64,000 bases of DNA, taken from the NCBI GenBank assembly GCA_030390025.1, contig CM059431.1:121026001-121090000 (forward strand). The letters are read 5' to 3'. The notes beneath the pieces were generated by a model. The model made no database searches, was not told where the DNA came from, and worked only from the letters and a program-made list of their open reading frames with translations. This stretch comes from Squalus acanthias. Its lineage: Eukaryota. The position numbers and the translations under genes are program-made. Shown here piece after piece: positions 10,290 to 23,424 of the stretch (positions are counted from its first letter, which is position 1; each line of letters starts with the position of its first letter).

Positions 10290-11812
10290 GTGGTGAAGGT
10301 ACTCCCACAGTGCTGTTAGCTAGGGAGTTCCAGGATTTTGACCCAGCGTCAATGTAGGATCGGCGATATACTTCTAAGTCAGGATGGTGTGTGACTTGGA
10401 GGGGAACTTGGAAATGGTGGTGTTCACTTGCGCCTGTTGCCCTTGTCCTTCTAGGTGGAAGAGGTCAAGGATTTGGGAGGTGCTGCCGAAGAAGCCTTGG
10501 CGAGTTGCTGCAGTGCATCTTGTAGATGGTACACACTGCAGCCACGGTACGCCGGTGGTGGAGGGAGTGAATGTTTAAGGTGGTGGATGGGGTGCCAATC
10601 AAATGGGCTGCTTTGTCCTGGATGGTGTCAAGCTTCTTGAGTGTTGTTGGAGCTGCACTCATCCAGGCAAGTGGAGAGTATTCCATCACACTCCTTACTT
10701 GTGCCTTGTAGATGGTGGAAAGGCTTTGGGGAATCAGGAGGTGAGACACTCGCCACAGAATACCTAGCCTCTGACCTGCTATTGTTGCCACAGTATTTAT
10801 GTGGCTGGTCCAGTTAAGTTCCTGGTCAACGGTGACCCCCTGGATGTTGATGGAGGGGGATTCGGCGATGGTAATGCCATTGAATGTCAAGGGGCAGGTG
10901 GTTAGACGCTCACTTGTTGGAGATCGTCATTGCCTGGGACGTCCGTGGTGCGAATGTTACCTGCCACTTATCAGCCCAAGCCTGAATGTTGTCCAGGTCT
11001 TGTTGCATGTGGGCATGGACTGCTTCATTATTTGAGGAGTTGTGAATGGCGCTGAACACTGTACAGTCATCAGCGAACATCCCCATTTCATATCCTATGT
11101 TGGAGGGAAGGTCATTGATGACGCAGCTGAAGATGGTTGGGCCTAGGACACTGCCCTGAGGAACTCCTGCAGCGATGTCCTGGAGCTGTGATGATTGACC
11201 TTCAATCACCACAAACATCTTCCTTTGTGCTAGGTATGATGCCAGCCAGTGGAGAGGCTTCCCCCCGATTCCCATTGACTTCAGTTTTGCTAGGGCTCCT
11301 TGATGCCACACTCGGTCAACTGCTGCATTGTTGTCAAGGACAGTCACTCTCACCTCACCTCTGGAATTCAGCTCCTTTGTCCATGTTTGGACCCAAGGCT
11401 GTCATGAGGTCGGGAGCCGAGTGGTCTTGGCGGAACCCAAACTGCGCATCAGTGAGCAGGTTATTGGTAAGTAAGTGCTGCTTGACAGCACTGTTGATGA
11501 CATCTTCCATCACTTTGCTGATGATTGAGAGTAGACTGATGGGGCGGTAATTGGCCGGATTGGATTTGTCCTGCTTTTTGTGGACAGGACATATCTGGGC
11601 AGTTTTCCACATTGTCGGATAGATGCCAGTGTTGTAGTTGTACTGGAACAGCTTGGCTAGAGGCGCGGCTAGTTCTGGAGCACAAGTCCTCAGCACGATA
11701 ACTGGGATGTTGTCGGGGCCCATAGCCTTTGCTGTATCCAGTGCGCTCAGCCGTTTCTTGATATCACGTGGAGTGAATCGAATTGGCTGAAGACTGGCTT
11801 CTGTGATTTTGG
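10290..11812 (-). mobile_element. LINE family A copy, RT domain, lacking the last ~120 bp of its 3' end
   Basis: ORFs 11355-11897 (KAMGPDNIP, NYRPISLLS, QFGFR), 10910-11353 (GVPQGSVLGP, FADD) and 10465-10890. Confidence 0.9.
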
Positions 11813-12041
11813 AGGTGGGTGAGCTCCATAAATAGTTTAGTAAAAAAAAATGAATATTTCTGCTCAAGCAATAGAATGAAGTAACACTATTGAGCATAAA
11901 AAGATAAATACAAATAAGATAAATGATTTATATAAGGATAAGACAGTATTGAAAACAAAGTTAGCACAAGGAGCTTTAGGAAAAAATGAATTAGAGATTA
12001 GGGATAGAAAATATCCAAATTATAAGTATCATAGAGAAATA

Positions 12042-12669
12042 GGGGGATGAATTTTAACATGAAAAACGGGTGGGTTGGGGGCGGGTGGGGGATAAGTTAA
12101 ACTATTAAAAATCTAAATTCCGACCCCCCAACCCGCCCACTTCCGGGTTTAACAGAGGCGGGACAGGGGTGGGCAGCCAACCCAGGAGGTGGGTTGGCAC
12201 TTTAAATATGATGAGGCCCTGAAGTCTCTGATTTAACCTGCTGTGCAGGTTTAACAGGGGCCAGCTGGGGATCCCAGGCCTCGGGACTCCCAGGAGCTGC
12301 GAGACGAAGACAGCCTCGGGGAGCAATCCTTGTAGGCCGGGAGGAGCAGGAGTGCTTCCTCCCGGTTCCCCAAGCTCACCCACTATCAGCCCGTCCCATT
12401 GCAAAAGCCACTCCCCGGGGTCAGGGCCCGGACCCTCACCCCCGACGGCTTGGAAACCCCCCGCCCCCCCTGGCTTGGGGCTCGCACCTACCTTGTTGCG
12501 GCCTCCTGTTGAGCGTTCCCCACCCGACTGGAAACCAGCCTGTAAATCAGCGGGGAACCTGTCAGTGACATCACATGCACACACTGGAAAGTTAAAAATC
12601 TCCAGCGTGCTGGGCCCCCAAACCCCCAACCCCCGCCCCGGGCGGGCCAGAAACTTCAAAATTCAAGCC
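12042..12669. mobile_element. Harbinger-type MITE (family A)
   Basis: Imperfect TIRs GGGATGAATTTT / AAAATTCAAGCC. The 5' subterminal GGGTGGGTTGGGG..GGGTGGG block is shared with the copies at 30242 and 45304. Confidence 0.65.
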
Positions 12670-13353
12670 ATGGTTAGCAAAAAGAGATGAACAAGAGAGG
12701 AGTACGGAATGTCTCACATTGATAGACCTGTTAAGTTAGGTGGAAAATTAACAATATTGCTGAGGGGATCATACAAGAGCAAGAAATAAGAATTCAATAT
12801 TTATATAGTCTTATCGCAATGGCAGGTTAATTTCTTCGGAGTTGCTCCAATTCCACAGGTATAAACGGAGTGTCTGCAGGACTTTAGGTGAAGATAAGGT
12901 GGTGGAGGTGGAGCAGCTCCAAGGAAATTCATGGCCATCGCAAAATGTCTCAAAGTGTCGGAACATAGGAATAGGAATGGGCCATTCAGCTCCTGGATCC
13001 TGTTCCGCCATCAAATTACATCATGGCTGATCTTAAATCGATTTACAAATTTTGGATCCCTATCCCTTTGTACCCTTGCCTAACAACAAATGCGGGTGTT
13101 AGCAATGTCACCCAAACAGCAGTGAGATGAATCACCAGCTGATCTCTCCCTCCCCGTGATCTTTCCATCCCCACCATCTCTCTCCCCCACGATCTCTCCC
13201 TCCCTCCCTCCGGAAATATCAGGGCCAACAGTTCAGGTCAATGACCTTCATCAGAAATGGAAAATGTTTACAGACAAGAATTGGTGGGAAATTTAAAAGG
13301 AAAGGAATTAAGTGCTACCTGGTTAAGAACTATGTTGCATCGTCAATGATAAT

Positions 13354-13566
13354 TATAAACTAGATGATTAAATACTATGCAGAATATGCAGCTGTTCTTG
13401 TTTGACAGAAATGTCATCTGTGCCGTGCAACTGTTGACCAATACAGATTGTAGTGTTACATTAAACTTTCACTCGATTGCTTTGGGAAAGTGGATTGCAG
13501 AGAAAGTTCAAAAATTCTTACCGTCTAAATTTAATCCATAATTATACACCACCCTTAGGAAACAGA
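13354..13566 (+). repeat. Direct repeat copy 1 (213 bp); copy 2 at 16005-16225
   Basis: TATAAACTAGATGATTAAATACTATGCAGAATATGCAG...GGAAACAGA occurs in both places, roughly 90% identical by eye. Confidence 0.95.
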
Positions 13567-13983
13567 CTCCTCCCCCGATCTCTCCCCCCACCCCCGCAAT
13601 CTCTCTACCCACCCACCCGCGATCTGTCTCTCCCCCGCAATCTCTCCTCTCTGGATATCTCTCCACACGATCCCTCTCCATCCCCACGATCTTTCCCTCC
13701 ATGCGATCTTTCCCTCCCTCCCTCCTCATTGCCGTGCTCCGAACCCCACTCCCCCCAATTTTCCCTGATTGCCAGGGACCGTCCCCAGTGGTCCCCAGCT
13801 GAGGCCTTCAACTTCAGGCTTTCCCACCCAGCAGCTGGTCAGCCTCTCAATCTGGCCGACTACTGGACAGCAAACGGAGTAAAAATAACTTCTAATGATG
13901 TCCTCCTGTTAAGTTCGGATGGACCTCCACGTTCCCTGCATTTCCAGGTTTCCCGGCCGCAGACACGCACCCCTGCAGCCTCC

Positions 13984-16004
13984 AAAAGGTAAATCATGCT
14001 TGACTAATCTACTTAATTTTTTGAGGATGTAACTGGTAAAATAGATAAGGGAGAACCAGTGGAAGTGGTTTATTTGGACTTCCAAAAGGCTTTTGATAAG
14101 GTCCTGCATAAGAGGTTAGCATGTAAAGTTAAGGCACATGGGATTGGGGGCAAGATATTGGCCCAAAAATTAGTCTTAGTATGCGAGAGTACGCACTGTG
14201 TACTCTCGCGTATTCTGTCTCCAATTGCCGGTTTTCTGCATGCACTGCGCATGCGCTGAAAACCGGCACTTGGTGAACTCAAAAGGGGGCGGTTCCTAAG
14301 TGAACCGCGTGCGCGCTACAGGCTGCGCACACGCAGTGCACTTAGTGCTTTGAACGCGCAGGTAAGCATGGAAGATTTTGCACATAAAGAAAGGAGGCGT
14401 AAGACCCTCTTTTAACAAGGTAAGTAGTTAATTAAGTATTATTTTAAATTTTTTTCAACAGGTTTATCTTTTTTAGAGACTTTAAAGAAAGGTAAGTTTA
14501 TTTTTATAACTTTTAAAAAGATTTTAAATTTTTTCAAAAATTTAATTTTTTGTTTAAAGTGGTTAATTTATTTAACTATACTTATTTTATTAATGTGATG
14601 GTTTTTTTTTAAATTTACTTGAGGTTTAGCTGTTCTTTTGGGGGGGTATAGATTCATAGCTTTGACAGCCCTTGCTGTCAATATTATGAATGAAAGATGG
14701 TGTGCTGCCATTGGCTCTAACTGAATCACGTGATCCCACAGCTCGCACGAATTAACTGCTTCTGTGGGATACGCACACACTGCACAGCTGCAGCCTTGAA
14801 ACTAAAGTTTGTGTGAGCTCGGAAGGAAAAGGCAGGCGCGCAGTGAGATATCGCGGGGAAGCCTTACCCCCGCAGGAAGGCTCCGTCTTTAATTTCTGGG
14901 CCATTGACTTGGATAGAAAACTGGTTGGCAGACAGAAAGCAAAGAGTTGGAATAAATGGGTCTTTTTCCGAGTGGCAGGCAGTGACTATTTGGGTACCGC
15001 AGGGATCGGTCCTTGGACCCCAGCTAATCACAATATATATTAATGATCTAAACAAGGGAACTAGATGTAATATCTCCAAGTTTGCAGACAACACAAAACT
15101 GGGTGGGCGTGTGTGCTGCGAGGAGGATGCCGAGAAACTCCAGGATGATTTGGACAGGTTGGGTGATTGGGCAGATGCAATATAACATGGATAAATGCGA
15201 GGTTATCCACTTTGGAGCCAAAAACAGAAAGGCAGATTATTATCTGTCGGCAATAGATTGGGAGAAGGGAAAGTGCAACGAGACCTGGGTGTCCTTGTGC
15301 GCCAGTCGCTGAAGGTAAGCATGCAGGTGCAGCAGGCGGTTAAGAAGGCAAATGGTATGTTAGCCTTCATAGCGAGAGGGTTTGAGTACAGGAACAAGGA
15401 TGTCTTGCTGCAGTTGAATAGGGCCTTGGTGAGACCACACCTTGAGTACTGTGTGCAGTTTTGGTCGCCTTATCTGAGGAAGGATGTTCTTGCCATGGAA
15501 GGAGTTCAGTGAAGATTCACAAGGCTGATACCTGGGATGGCAGGAATGACGTATGAAGAGAGATTGGGTCGATTGGGCTTATACTCGCTGGAGTTTAGAA
15601 GAATGAGAGGGGATCTCTTTGAAACTTATAAAATTCTGACAGGACTAGACAGACTAGATGCAGTAAGGATGTTCCCGATGGTCGGGGAATCCAGAACCAG
15701 GGGTCACAGTCTAAGGATAAGGGGTAAGCCATTTAGGACAGAAATGAGGAGGAATTTCTTCACCCAGAGAGTGGTGAACCTGTGGAATTCTCTGCCACAG
15801 AAGGCAGTAGAGGCCAATTCATTAAATAGATTCAGGAAGGAGTTGGATATATTTCTTAAGGCTAAAGGGATCAAGGGATATGGGGAGAAAGCAGGGACAG
15901 GGTACTGAATTTGGATGATCAGCCATGATCGCATTGAATGGCGGAGCAGGCTAGAGGGGCCGAATGGCCTACTCCTGCTCCTATCTTTTATGTTTCTATG
16001 ATTC
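13984..16004 (+). mobile_element. 5'-truncated CR1/HER1 LINE, interrupted by a MITE at 14160-14902
   Basis: Motifs YLDFQKAFDKV, VPQGSVLGP, FADNTKL, LVRPHLEYCVQFWSPY and FFTQRVVNLWNSLP; tail TTTCTATGATTC. Confidence 0.93.
14160..14902 (+). mobile_element. PHIS/Harbinger-type MITE family B (743 bp), copy 1
   Basis: TIRs GGCCCAAAAATTA / TAATTTCTGGGCC and an ATT TSD (14157-14159, 14903-14905). Removing it restores the CR1 frame GKILTWIENW. Confidence 0.92.
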
Positions 16005-16225
16005 TATAAACTAGATGATTAAATACTATGCAGAATATGCAGTTGTTCTTGTTTCACAGAAATGTCATCTGTGCCGTGCAACTGTTGAACGATACAGATT
16101 GTAGTGTTATATTAATATACTAAACTTCCACTCGATTGCCTTGGGAAAATGTATTACAGAAAAATTTCAAAAATTCTTATCTTCTAATTTGAATCCATAA
16201 TTATACACCTCCCTCAGGAAACAGA
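16005..16225 (+). repeat. Direct repeat copy 2
   Basis: Matches 13354-13566 with an ~8-bp insertion and starts immediately after the CR1 tail. Confidence 0.95.
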
Positions 16226-17851
16226 GTGAGTTGTGCAATAGTCCACAATAGCATAGGTTGCGCAAGGTTTGTTAGAAGGAGTGGCCTCATTGGGCTCAAT
16301 GGTGTATTTCCTCATTTCATTTTTTCTTATGTTTGCGCGCTAAGGGCATTGTTTTCATTCTGTGCAGTGATGAAGGGAAAGTTTTATACTAGAGTCCGAT
16401 ACAAGATCTGTGTCACTGCATTGCCCACATTCCCTGGCTTAGCCTGTCCTGGCCTGGCCTAATTAATCTCACTTTTGGCGAGAGTCAAGTACAAGTACAA
16501 GGGCATATTCCCAACATTCAGCTCAGTTTAAGCTTCCCACACCATTGCATTATTACACATACTCCTTAGCATAAAGGAAGACATTGGTTCTGAGCAGGTA
16601 ATTCAAATTCGATGCAATCAGACAGGAACTGAGCAATTCCAACAATGCGTAGACAACGTTCCGAAAGGAATTGACCCTTTTATTAAGACGCAATGAATTC
16701 TTAGTTACACCTAGCTGTGTGAGCTATCTGAGTTCGAGTCTGTTGGATTAATAAGCTATCCTAATTCTGCTACAGAATTTAGGGAAAAGTTTCAGTTTAT
16801 TATGTGTTAGTAATTTAAAAAAAAATTGTATCTGTAGTTCTGTTGCTATCACTTAAATTTGCTCTGCTGCCTACTCTTGACTACACAATTTGTAGGGTCA
16901 CCACCTTAAACTTAGCTTGTGATTGAACTCAAACCAGCAGACTTAACAGCAGTCACATGAGGTATGAAAATCAGTGATGAATTCTAAATGAGTTTCCAAT
17001 TTTAGCCATGTTCCTGGACTGAAATGGAATTTTGAACAGCACAAAACAGATTACCAAATAATATGCCAGTAGCTCAGCTTTCACCTCCAAGCCTTTCTTC
17101 GCTCAGGCCTTTACATTTTCGCACTTCACTAAAAGCCTTACATGGAATGTAGTAGCTCGGTTCATGCACCTGTCATCCACAATTATGGTCTGCATGCTGG
17201 ACCTGAGTTTGAGTGCATCTCATGACAAGCAGAAGTCCTCATGACTTTCTGGTCCTCTCCTTTGTCATCCTACTGTGTCTCACATTACGTGTTAGCAGAT
17301 TAGATCATGGAATTCTCATGTTACTCCATAGAAACGCAACAACCCATTCCGGCCCTTCTTCAGCTTGTCCTCATCTTGATGTGCTAGATGAGGAAACATA
17401 GGAGGAAGTAGAGCAATCATGTACCTCTGCTTCTGGTCCTACCAGCACTTCATTGCATGCACCATCAATCACCCTCCCAAACACTAGCCCAGAGACATGC
17501 AATAGAAAGGCAATAGAGAGTGAGCCAGATGTGAGTGCACAATTGATGCACAGACTTTGAGTGGGGAGGAGGAGCTAGGGGTGGTGCATGTGGAGGATAT
17601 CATTGTTGGTTGGAGGGTTAGGCCCCTTGCATGAGTGAGTGCGTTGTAAACTTATCCTGACCCCCTTCTGTGGCACTCTGATGGATGATTTCTCTGGACA
17701 GCAGTTCACCCTAGAACCTGTGGCGATGCCAGGCCGAACTGTAGTGGGTTAGCAGGTAAATGTGGTAAACCAAGACTACCATAGTGGATTCTGACAGTCA
17801 GGCCTCAGAGTGTGTAATATTTAGGAGTGGTACAAAATGGTATATCTGAGG

Positions 17852-18945
17852 TTTTTTTAATTCATTCATGGGATGTGGGTGTCGCTGGCAAGCCCAGCAT
17901 TTATAGCCCATCCCTAATTGCCCTTGAGAAGGTGGTGGTGAGCTACTTCTTGAACAGCTGCAGTCCATGTGGTGAAGGTACTCCCACAGTGCTGTTAGGG
18001 AGGGAGTTCCAGGATTTTGGCCCAGCGACAATGAAGGAACGGTGATATACTTCCAAGTCAAATAGTGTGTAACTTGGAGGGGAACTTGGAGGTGATGGTG
18101 TTCCTATGCCTACTGCCCTTGTCCTTCTAGATGGTAGAGGTCGCGGGTTTGGGAGTTACTGCCGAAGAAGCCTTGGCGAGTTGCTGCAGTGCATCTTGCA
18201 GATGGTACACACTGCAGCCACGGTACACCGGTGGTGGAGGGAGTGAATGTTTAAGTTGGTGGATGGGATGCCAATCAAGTGGGCAGCTTTGTCTTGGATG
18301 GTGTCGAGCTTCTTGAGTGTTGTTGGAGCTGCACTCATCCAGGCAAGTGGAGAGTATTCCATCACACTCTTTAGTTGTGCCTTGTAGATAGTTGAAAGGC
18401 TTTGGAGAGTCAGGAGGTGAGATACTCGTGGCAGAATACCCAGCCTCTGACTTGCTCTTGTTGCCACAGTATTTATGTGGCTGGTCCAGTTAAGTTTCTG
18501 GTCAATGGTGACCCCCAGGATGTTGATGGTGGGGCATTTGGCGATGGTAATGCCATTGAATGTCAAGGGGCAGTGGTTAGCTTCTCCTTTATTGGAGATA
18601 GTCATTGCCTGGCACTTGTGTGGCGCGAATGTTACTTGGCACTTACCAGCCCAAGCCTAAATGTCGTCCAGGCCTTTCTGCATGCAGACATGGAATGCTT
18701 CATTATCTGAGGAGTTGTGAATGGCACTGAACACCGTGCAGTCATCAGCGAACATCCCCACTTCTGGTCTTATGATTGAGGGAAGATCATTGATGAAGCA
18801 GCTGAAGATGGTTGGGCCTAGGACACTACCCTGAGGAACTCCTGCAGCGATGTCCTGGGGTTGTGATGATTGACCTTCAACCACCACAACCATTTTCCTT
18901 TGTGCTAGGTATGACTCCAGCCAGTGGAGAGTTTTCCCCCTGATT
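17852..18945 (-). mobile_element. LINE family A copy
   Basis: ORFs 18657-18893 (GVPQGSVLGP, FADD) and 18156-18605; T-tract at 17852. Confidence 0.9.
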
Positions 18946-18981
18946 TTGGTTGCACAGCATATGGCCTGAGCTGGAAACTAA

Positions 18982-20700
18982 GGGCTGGATTTTCCCTGCG
19001 GAGGCGGGATGGTGGCGGGAGAGCTGGATGGCGGTTTCTGGTCCCGCTCCCGTATGCAGCCGCTCTCTCAAAAAGATTTTCCTTAGATTGGCCTTGTTAA
19101 GCCCACCCTGCAGGGTGCCTGGCCAATTAACAGGAAGCAGGTCTGATGGCGTCATTTGATGACGTGTCATCAGCCGGTTTCCTTAAAAGGACCATGGCCA
19201 CATTGATTTTGACAGTTGTGCTGTCAGTGTTTGACAGCATTGAGGTTATGCAAACACTGACAAGCACTGCACAAAAGTGCATGGCTGCACCCAGGCTCAT
19301 GCATCAGTCCCTCCATATGCTTATGGAGGGAGTCACAGCACGCAGGGGCGGAAGAGATTCCCCAGGAGATCAACGCAGTCTGGTTGCACATTGCACAGGA
19401 GGACACAAGCAGGAGTGCCTGGCTGCAGTGGCACCAACCTTTCAATGATCTCAGTAGATCACGAAATGTTAGTGCAATGCCACACTCAAACTCACCCTGC
19501 TGTGCCACTCATCGCATCCCCATCACTCTGCCTTCCCTACCCTAATCCTGCACATCCTTACTCACACCAACTAACCTTGCACCTCCACCCATCCCCCTCT
19601 ATCTACATTATCACTTCCCCATCTCACTAGCCACCCCTCACACTCACCCTCATCCTACTGCAAGCATACCAACTAACCAACCACACACAAGGGTAGGCAC
19701 TTGAGAGGTTTAGCCAATATCCATGTGAAGTTTCTGGTAATGCGTTGTCATACAGTGAAATCTATATTTTCAACGCTTCACCTTATTGGACAGATCTGTG
19801 CGCAACTTGAGAAGTGTCTTACTGAGTTACAGTGAATGTTGAGACATAACTGCCGCCCCCACCCCCCCCGCCCCGCCCCCCGCTATAGTGATGAGTGTGC
19901 ATGGAATGGCTTGGACATTAAATGGATGCTTTATGGTACTGGTGTGGGATGGTGTCAACCTGGTGCATCATGTGGCAGCCAGGGTGTACAGCGTCAAGTG
20001 AAGTAAATCTGGCCATGGTGATGCCATCGCTGACCTCCCGGGCAGCAATGTTGTCAGGGGCTGATGCCCTGTGTCCTGTGCAGCAACAGGTGATGGCGGA
20101 GAAGGTTGGTGATGTTTTTGGTGATGTTGGTGTGCCTGGTGATGTTGGTGTTGGGGCTGATCGTGGAATGATTCAGAGAACCAAGGTGAGATTTTTTCAA
20201 GGACACCGATGTTGCTGGAATAGATGGCAGCTGCAGGTGAGATGACAGAAGCAATCTGTCAATGGTGAGAGAGGTTGTTCCAATGAGGTGGCACTGGACA
20301 TACAGGTGGCTCTAAACACTTGTAAGCTGGAGAAATCTCTGTATATCTTACAAATGCAGTAACCAACAGTTTCTGCGCTCTGAAACTGACCATCTGCAAC
20401 ATGGCATCCTTTACACCACTTCTGCAGCTGTCAGGTTATCAGAAACATCAGAGCAGACTCAACTCATGGCAGGTTGAGCTGGCGTGTTCCCCGGGCAGCG
20501 GGTAACCCGTGGGGGAGCACATAAAATTGCAAGGTAGGCTCAAAATAGCATTAAATTAGCTGTTAACAAGCCATTTAATGATCTAAAGTGTCTCCCCCGC
20601 CGCTTGGTGTCGGGTCAGTTCTGCGCAGACAGACCCGACACCTGGGAGACTCGCGTGGAGGCGGGTTGACGGCGGGTTTCCTACCCGCTGTCAATCTTTG
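18982..20700. mobile_element. Second copy (inverted) of the ~1.7-kb Harbinger deletion derivative; right TIR lost
   Basis: TAA precedes GGGCTGGATTTT at 18982. It is colinear with the reverse complement of 4475-6122, including the same internal junction. Confidence 0.8.
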
Positions 20701-23073
20701 CTATTTTGAATTTCGCACAGCTTAATGCATGTTCCACCGTCAACTAATGGTAGTTAACTGTATTTCGAATTCCGCGTACAGTGCACAGAACTCCAGGCAA
20801 TGTCACTCTCTGGGAGGGAGATACAATAGCAGGAGAAGCACTGTGTGAAGCTTCACTGCTGGTATTTTGTACCACCCTGTATTTACCATTCTAATTGTTA
20901 TCCTTCTGATTTTAAACAACCAAAACAAATTAGAAGGATTAGCAGCCTTCGTCATTACTTTTCAAATCAGCTGACCTAGGTTTTCCACTTTAGCATTTTA
21001 CGTCGCTTGCTCCCAGCAGATTTTCCAAGCTCAGAGTCTGCCTAGAGTGGGGGTGAAGAAAGACTTCAGTATCCTTCAGAGGCCTGCTGGTCTGTTGTGT
21101 TGCTGCCAGCCTCTGTACTGCCAGTATAAATTGATTTAAAAAAAAGAATTGGCACCAATGTCTTTACAATTTATCACTCAGCGTTTAATTACATAATCAT
21201 CTGGATCCTTTCATTTTTAAATTGCCCCTGCACCACCCATAGTAATTCTAGATACCAGATACCAACAGGCGTCCCTTGTGTCCAGCGTTGCTAATGGTCA
21301 ATTGATGGAAAAGGCAATGGATAATATATTTCTATCATTTGAATATTATTTCAGTGTGGCCATCTATATATGGGTGGACAGTTTGGAGATTACCTGGGCA
21401 TGGCGGGACTATTCACTGTCCCATTTTCCACCCAGCCCACCCAGTTCTGCCCAAGAACCACTGTTCAATTCAGCTTTTGTCAAAGAACTGATTTCTGTAC
21501 TCAGCTTTAGGCCTTCATTTAACTGAAAGTTCCTTCTTTTATTGGAGTTATTGCCAATTACAAGGACATTGTGCTCGATTTTAAACTGGAGCGGGGTACT
21601 AACACACTCAACTAGATCTGGCCTAATGCGATTTTAAATTGAAGGTGGCAAGGACACCTGCCTCAAGCAGACTGGGTCCTTTTTAAACATGCAGATCGGG
21701 CTTTGATGATGTCATTGGGGTCTGATCTGGCTTCCCCACCAGGCCCAGCAAAGGAAGTTTTTAATTTGTCTATTAGTTTCCTTGACCCTCCGGGCTCCAC
21801 AAAAACCTTGGGCCTCCCCTGCCCTACGCTTCTTTCCTCCATCCCCGACTGGGATTCCCCTCCTGGAGCACTTACCTTGTGCCGTGGACTGTACTCTGGG
21901 GTCCCCAGCAGCAGCCTCTTGGCACCTGATTTTAAATTGAGCCTGCTTCTAAAAGTTACGATACCAGTGTTAATTTTTTCCGGACTTTTCAAATGGTGTA
22001 TTTAAGATAAGTAATTTTATAATTATTACAAACATGACTTCCAAACAAACTCCATCATATTAATATTAAACATTGTTTCTTTTTCAGAAACCTTTTCTCT
22101 ATTTGAACCTGAATAATTTCATAAGTCATTGCATTCGAAGGCCAGCAAACTATCTAATCCTGCATGAGTTTCTGTACAAATGAAATGGTAATTCAGAACA
22201 TTGGCAGCCTATTCTATCTATCAGAAAGTACACCAAGTTCAATTACACGCCTCCCAATTTGCCAAGATAGTTCTGTCTTTTCTATTGTATTATTGAAATG
22301 GGTTTTAGCAATTTGCACTGTTCAGTCACGCACTGCATGTGACATACATTGACTTCAGTAGAGCGTGTTACTTTTAGACCATTCACAGGGTCCTGAAGGA
22401 GAAGATTGACATTTGGTTAATTTAAAGTACTGTTATCCTCCAATCTAATTGTAACTTAATTTCTGATTTGAATTCGTCTTTCAGTAATTTTGTTCCAACA
22501 TTCCATTTTCTTTCTTCTACACAGTTTCTATTCTGACCATTGGAGGTGACTTTTATTGTTGCAATTGAAGCCATCTTTCCCGTGAAGAAATTAAGGCCGC
22601 AAATTTAATTGACCTCAGAGGGCGGGTTTGGAGGCGGGTCAGTTGCGACAATCGGAAAAATGGGGGGCGGGCTGTGAACCCACCCCATCCCGCCTCCACG
22701 TGACTTTGGCAAGTGTCGGGTCAGCCGCTCCCGAACTGACCCGACATCAAACAGCGGGAGAGGCAGTTAAGGCAGTTAACAGCTTGTTAGCTGCCTGAAT
22801 AATTCCTATTTTAAAGGACTGATCTGATTTTGGAGGTTTTTCACCATGCTGCCTGCCCTCATAAAAACACGTCTGGTGAATCGAGCCGGGTTGAGCGAGG
22901 ACCTGAATTGTTGCCAGCTGCTTGAGCAGCTTAAAAGCGGTCCTGCAATCTCTCATTCTTTCACATGCCACAACTTAGTGCCTTGAGGTTTGGGAGACAT
23001 TTTGCAGCTCAACTAATCTTGTGAGTGTTGAGGCTGTGTGACCTCCTTGGAATACCCTCTGGCCACTTTGTCT

Positions 23074-23386
23074 GAATCACAGAATCACCACAATGCAGAT
23101 AGAGGCCATTTCGGCCATCGAGCCTGCACCGACACATATCCCACCCTATCCCCGTAACCCCATGTATTTAATCCCCCTAACACTAAGGGTCAATTTATCA
23201 TAGCCAAATCAAACTAACCCGCACATCTTTGGACTGTGGGAGGAAACTGGAGCACCCAAAGGAAACCCACGCAGACACGGGGAGAATGTGCAAACTCCAC
23301 ACAGACAGTCACCCGAGGCCGGATTCGCACCCGGATTCCTGACGCTGTGAGGCAACAGTGCTAACCACTATGGCACCGTGTTGCCC
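23074..23386 (-). mobile_element. HE1-type tRNA-derived V-SINE
   Basis: The minus strand has a tRNA-like head GGGCAACACGGTGCCATAGTGGTTAGCAC..GGGTGCGAATCC, then the V-domain TGTGTGGAGTTTGCACATTCTCCCCGTGTCTGCGTGGGTTTCC, then a CR1-like 3' tail. Confidence 0.88.
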
Positions 23387-23424
23387 ACAACCTCCATTCC
23401 TCGACTGAGATATATACCAGCAGT

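Noticed and set aside
12105..12690. 184-aa and 112-aa Gly/Pro-rich ORFs (likewise 13477-13992)
   Set aside because: These are GC-rich MITE interiors with no recognisable domain.
17140..17660. Possible decayed Myb-gene exon 3 (acidic/Ser-Thr stretch)
   Set aside because: The resemblance is compositional only; no SANT exon or TIR was found.
23310..23386. tRNA gene
   Set aside because: The A/B-box-like head belongs to the HE1 SINE and there is no full cloverleaf.
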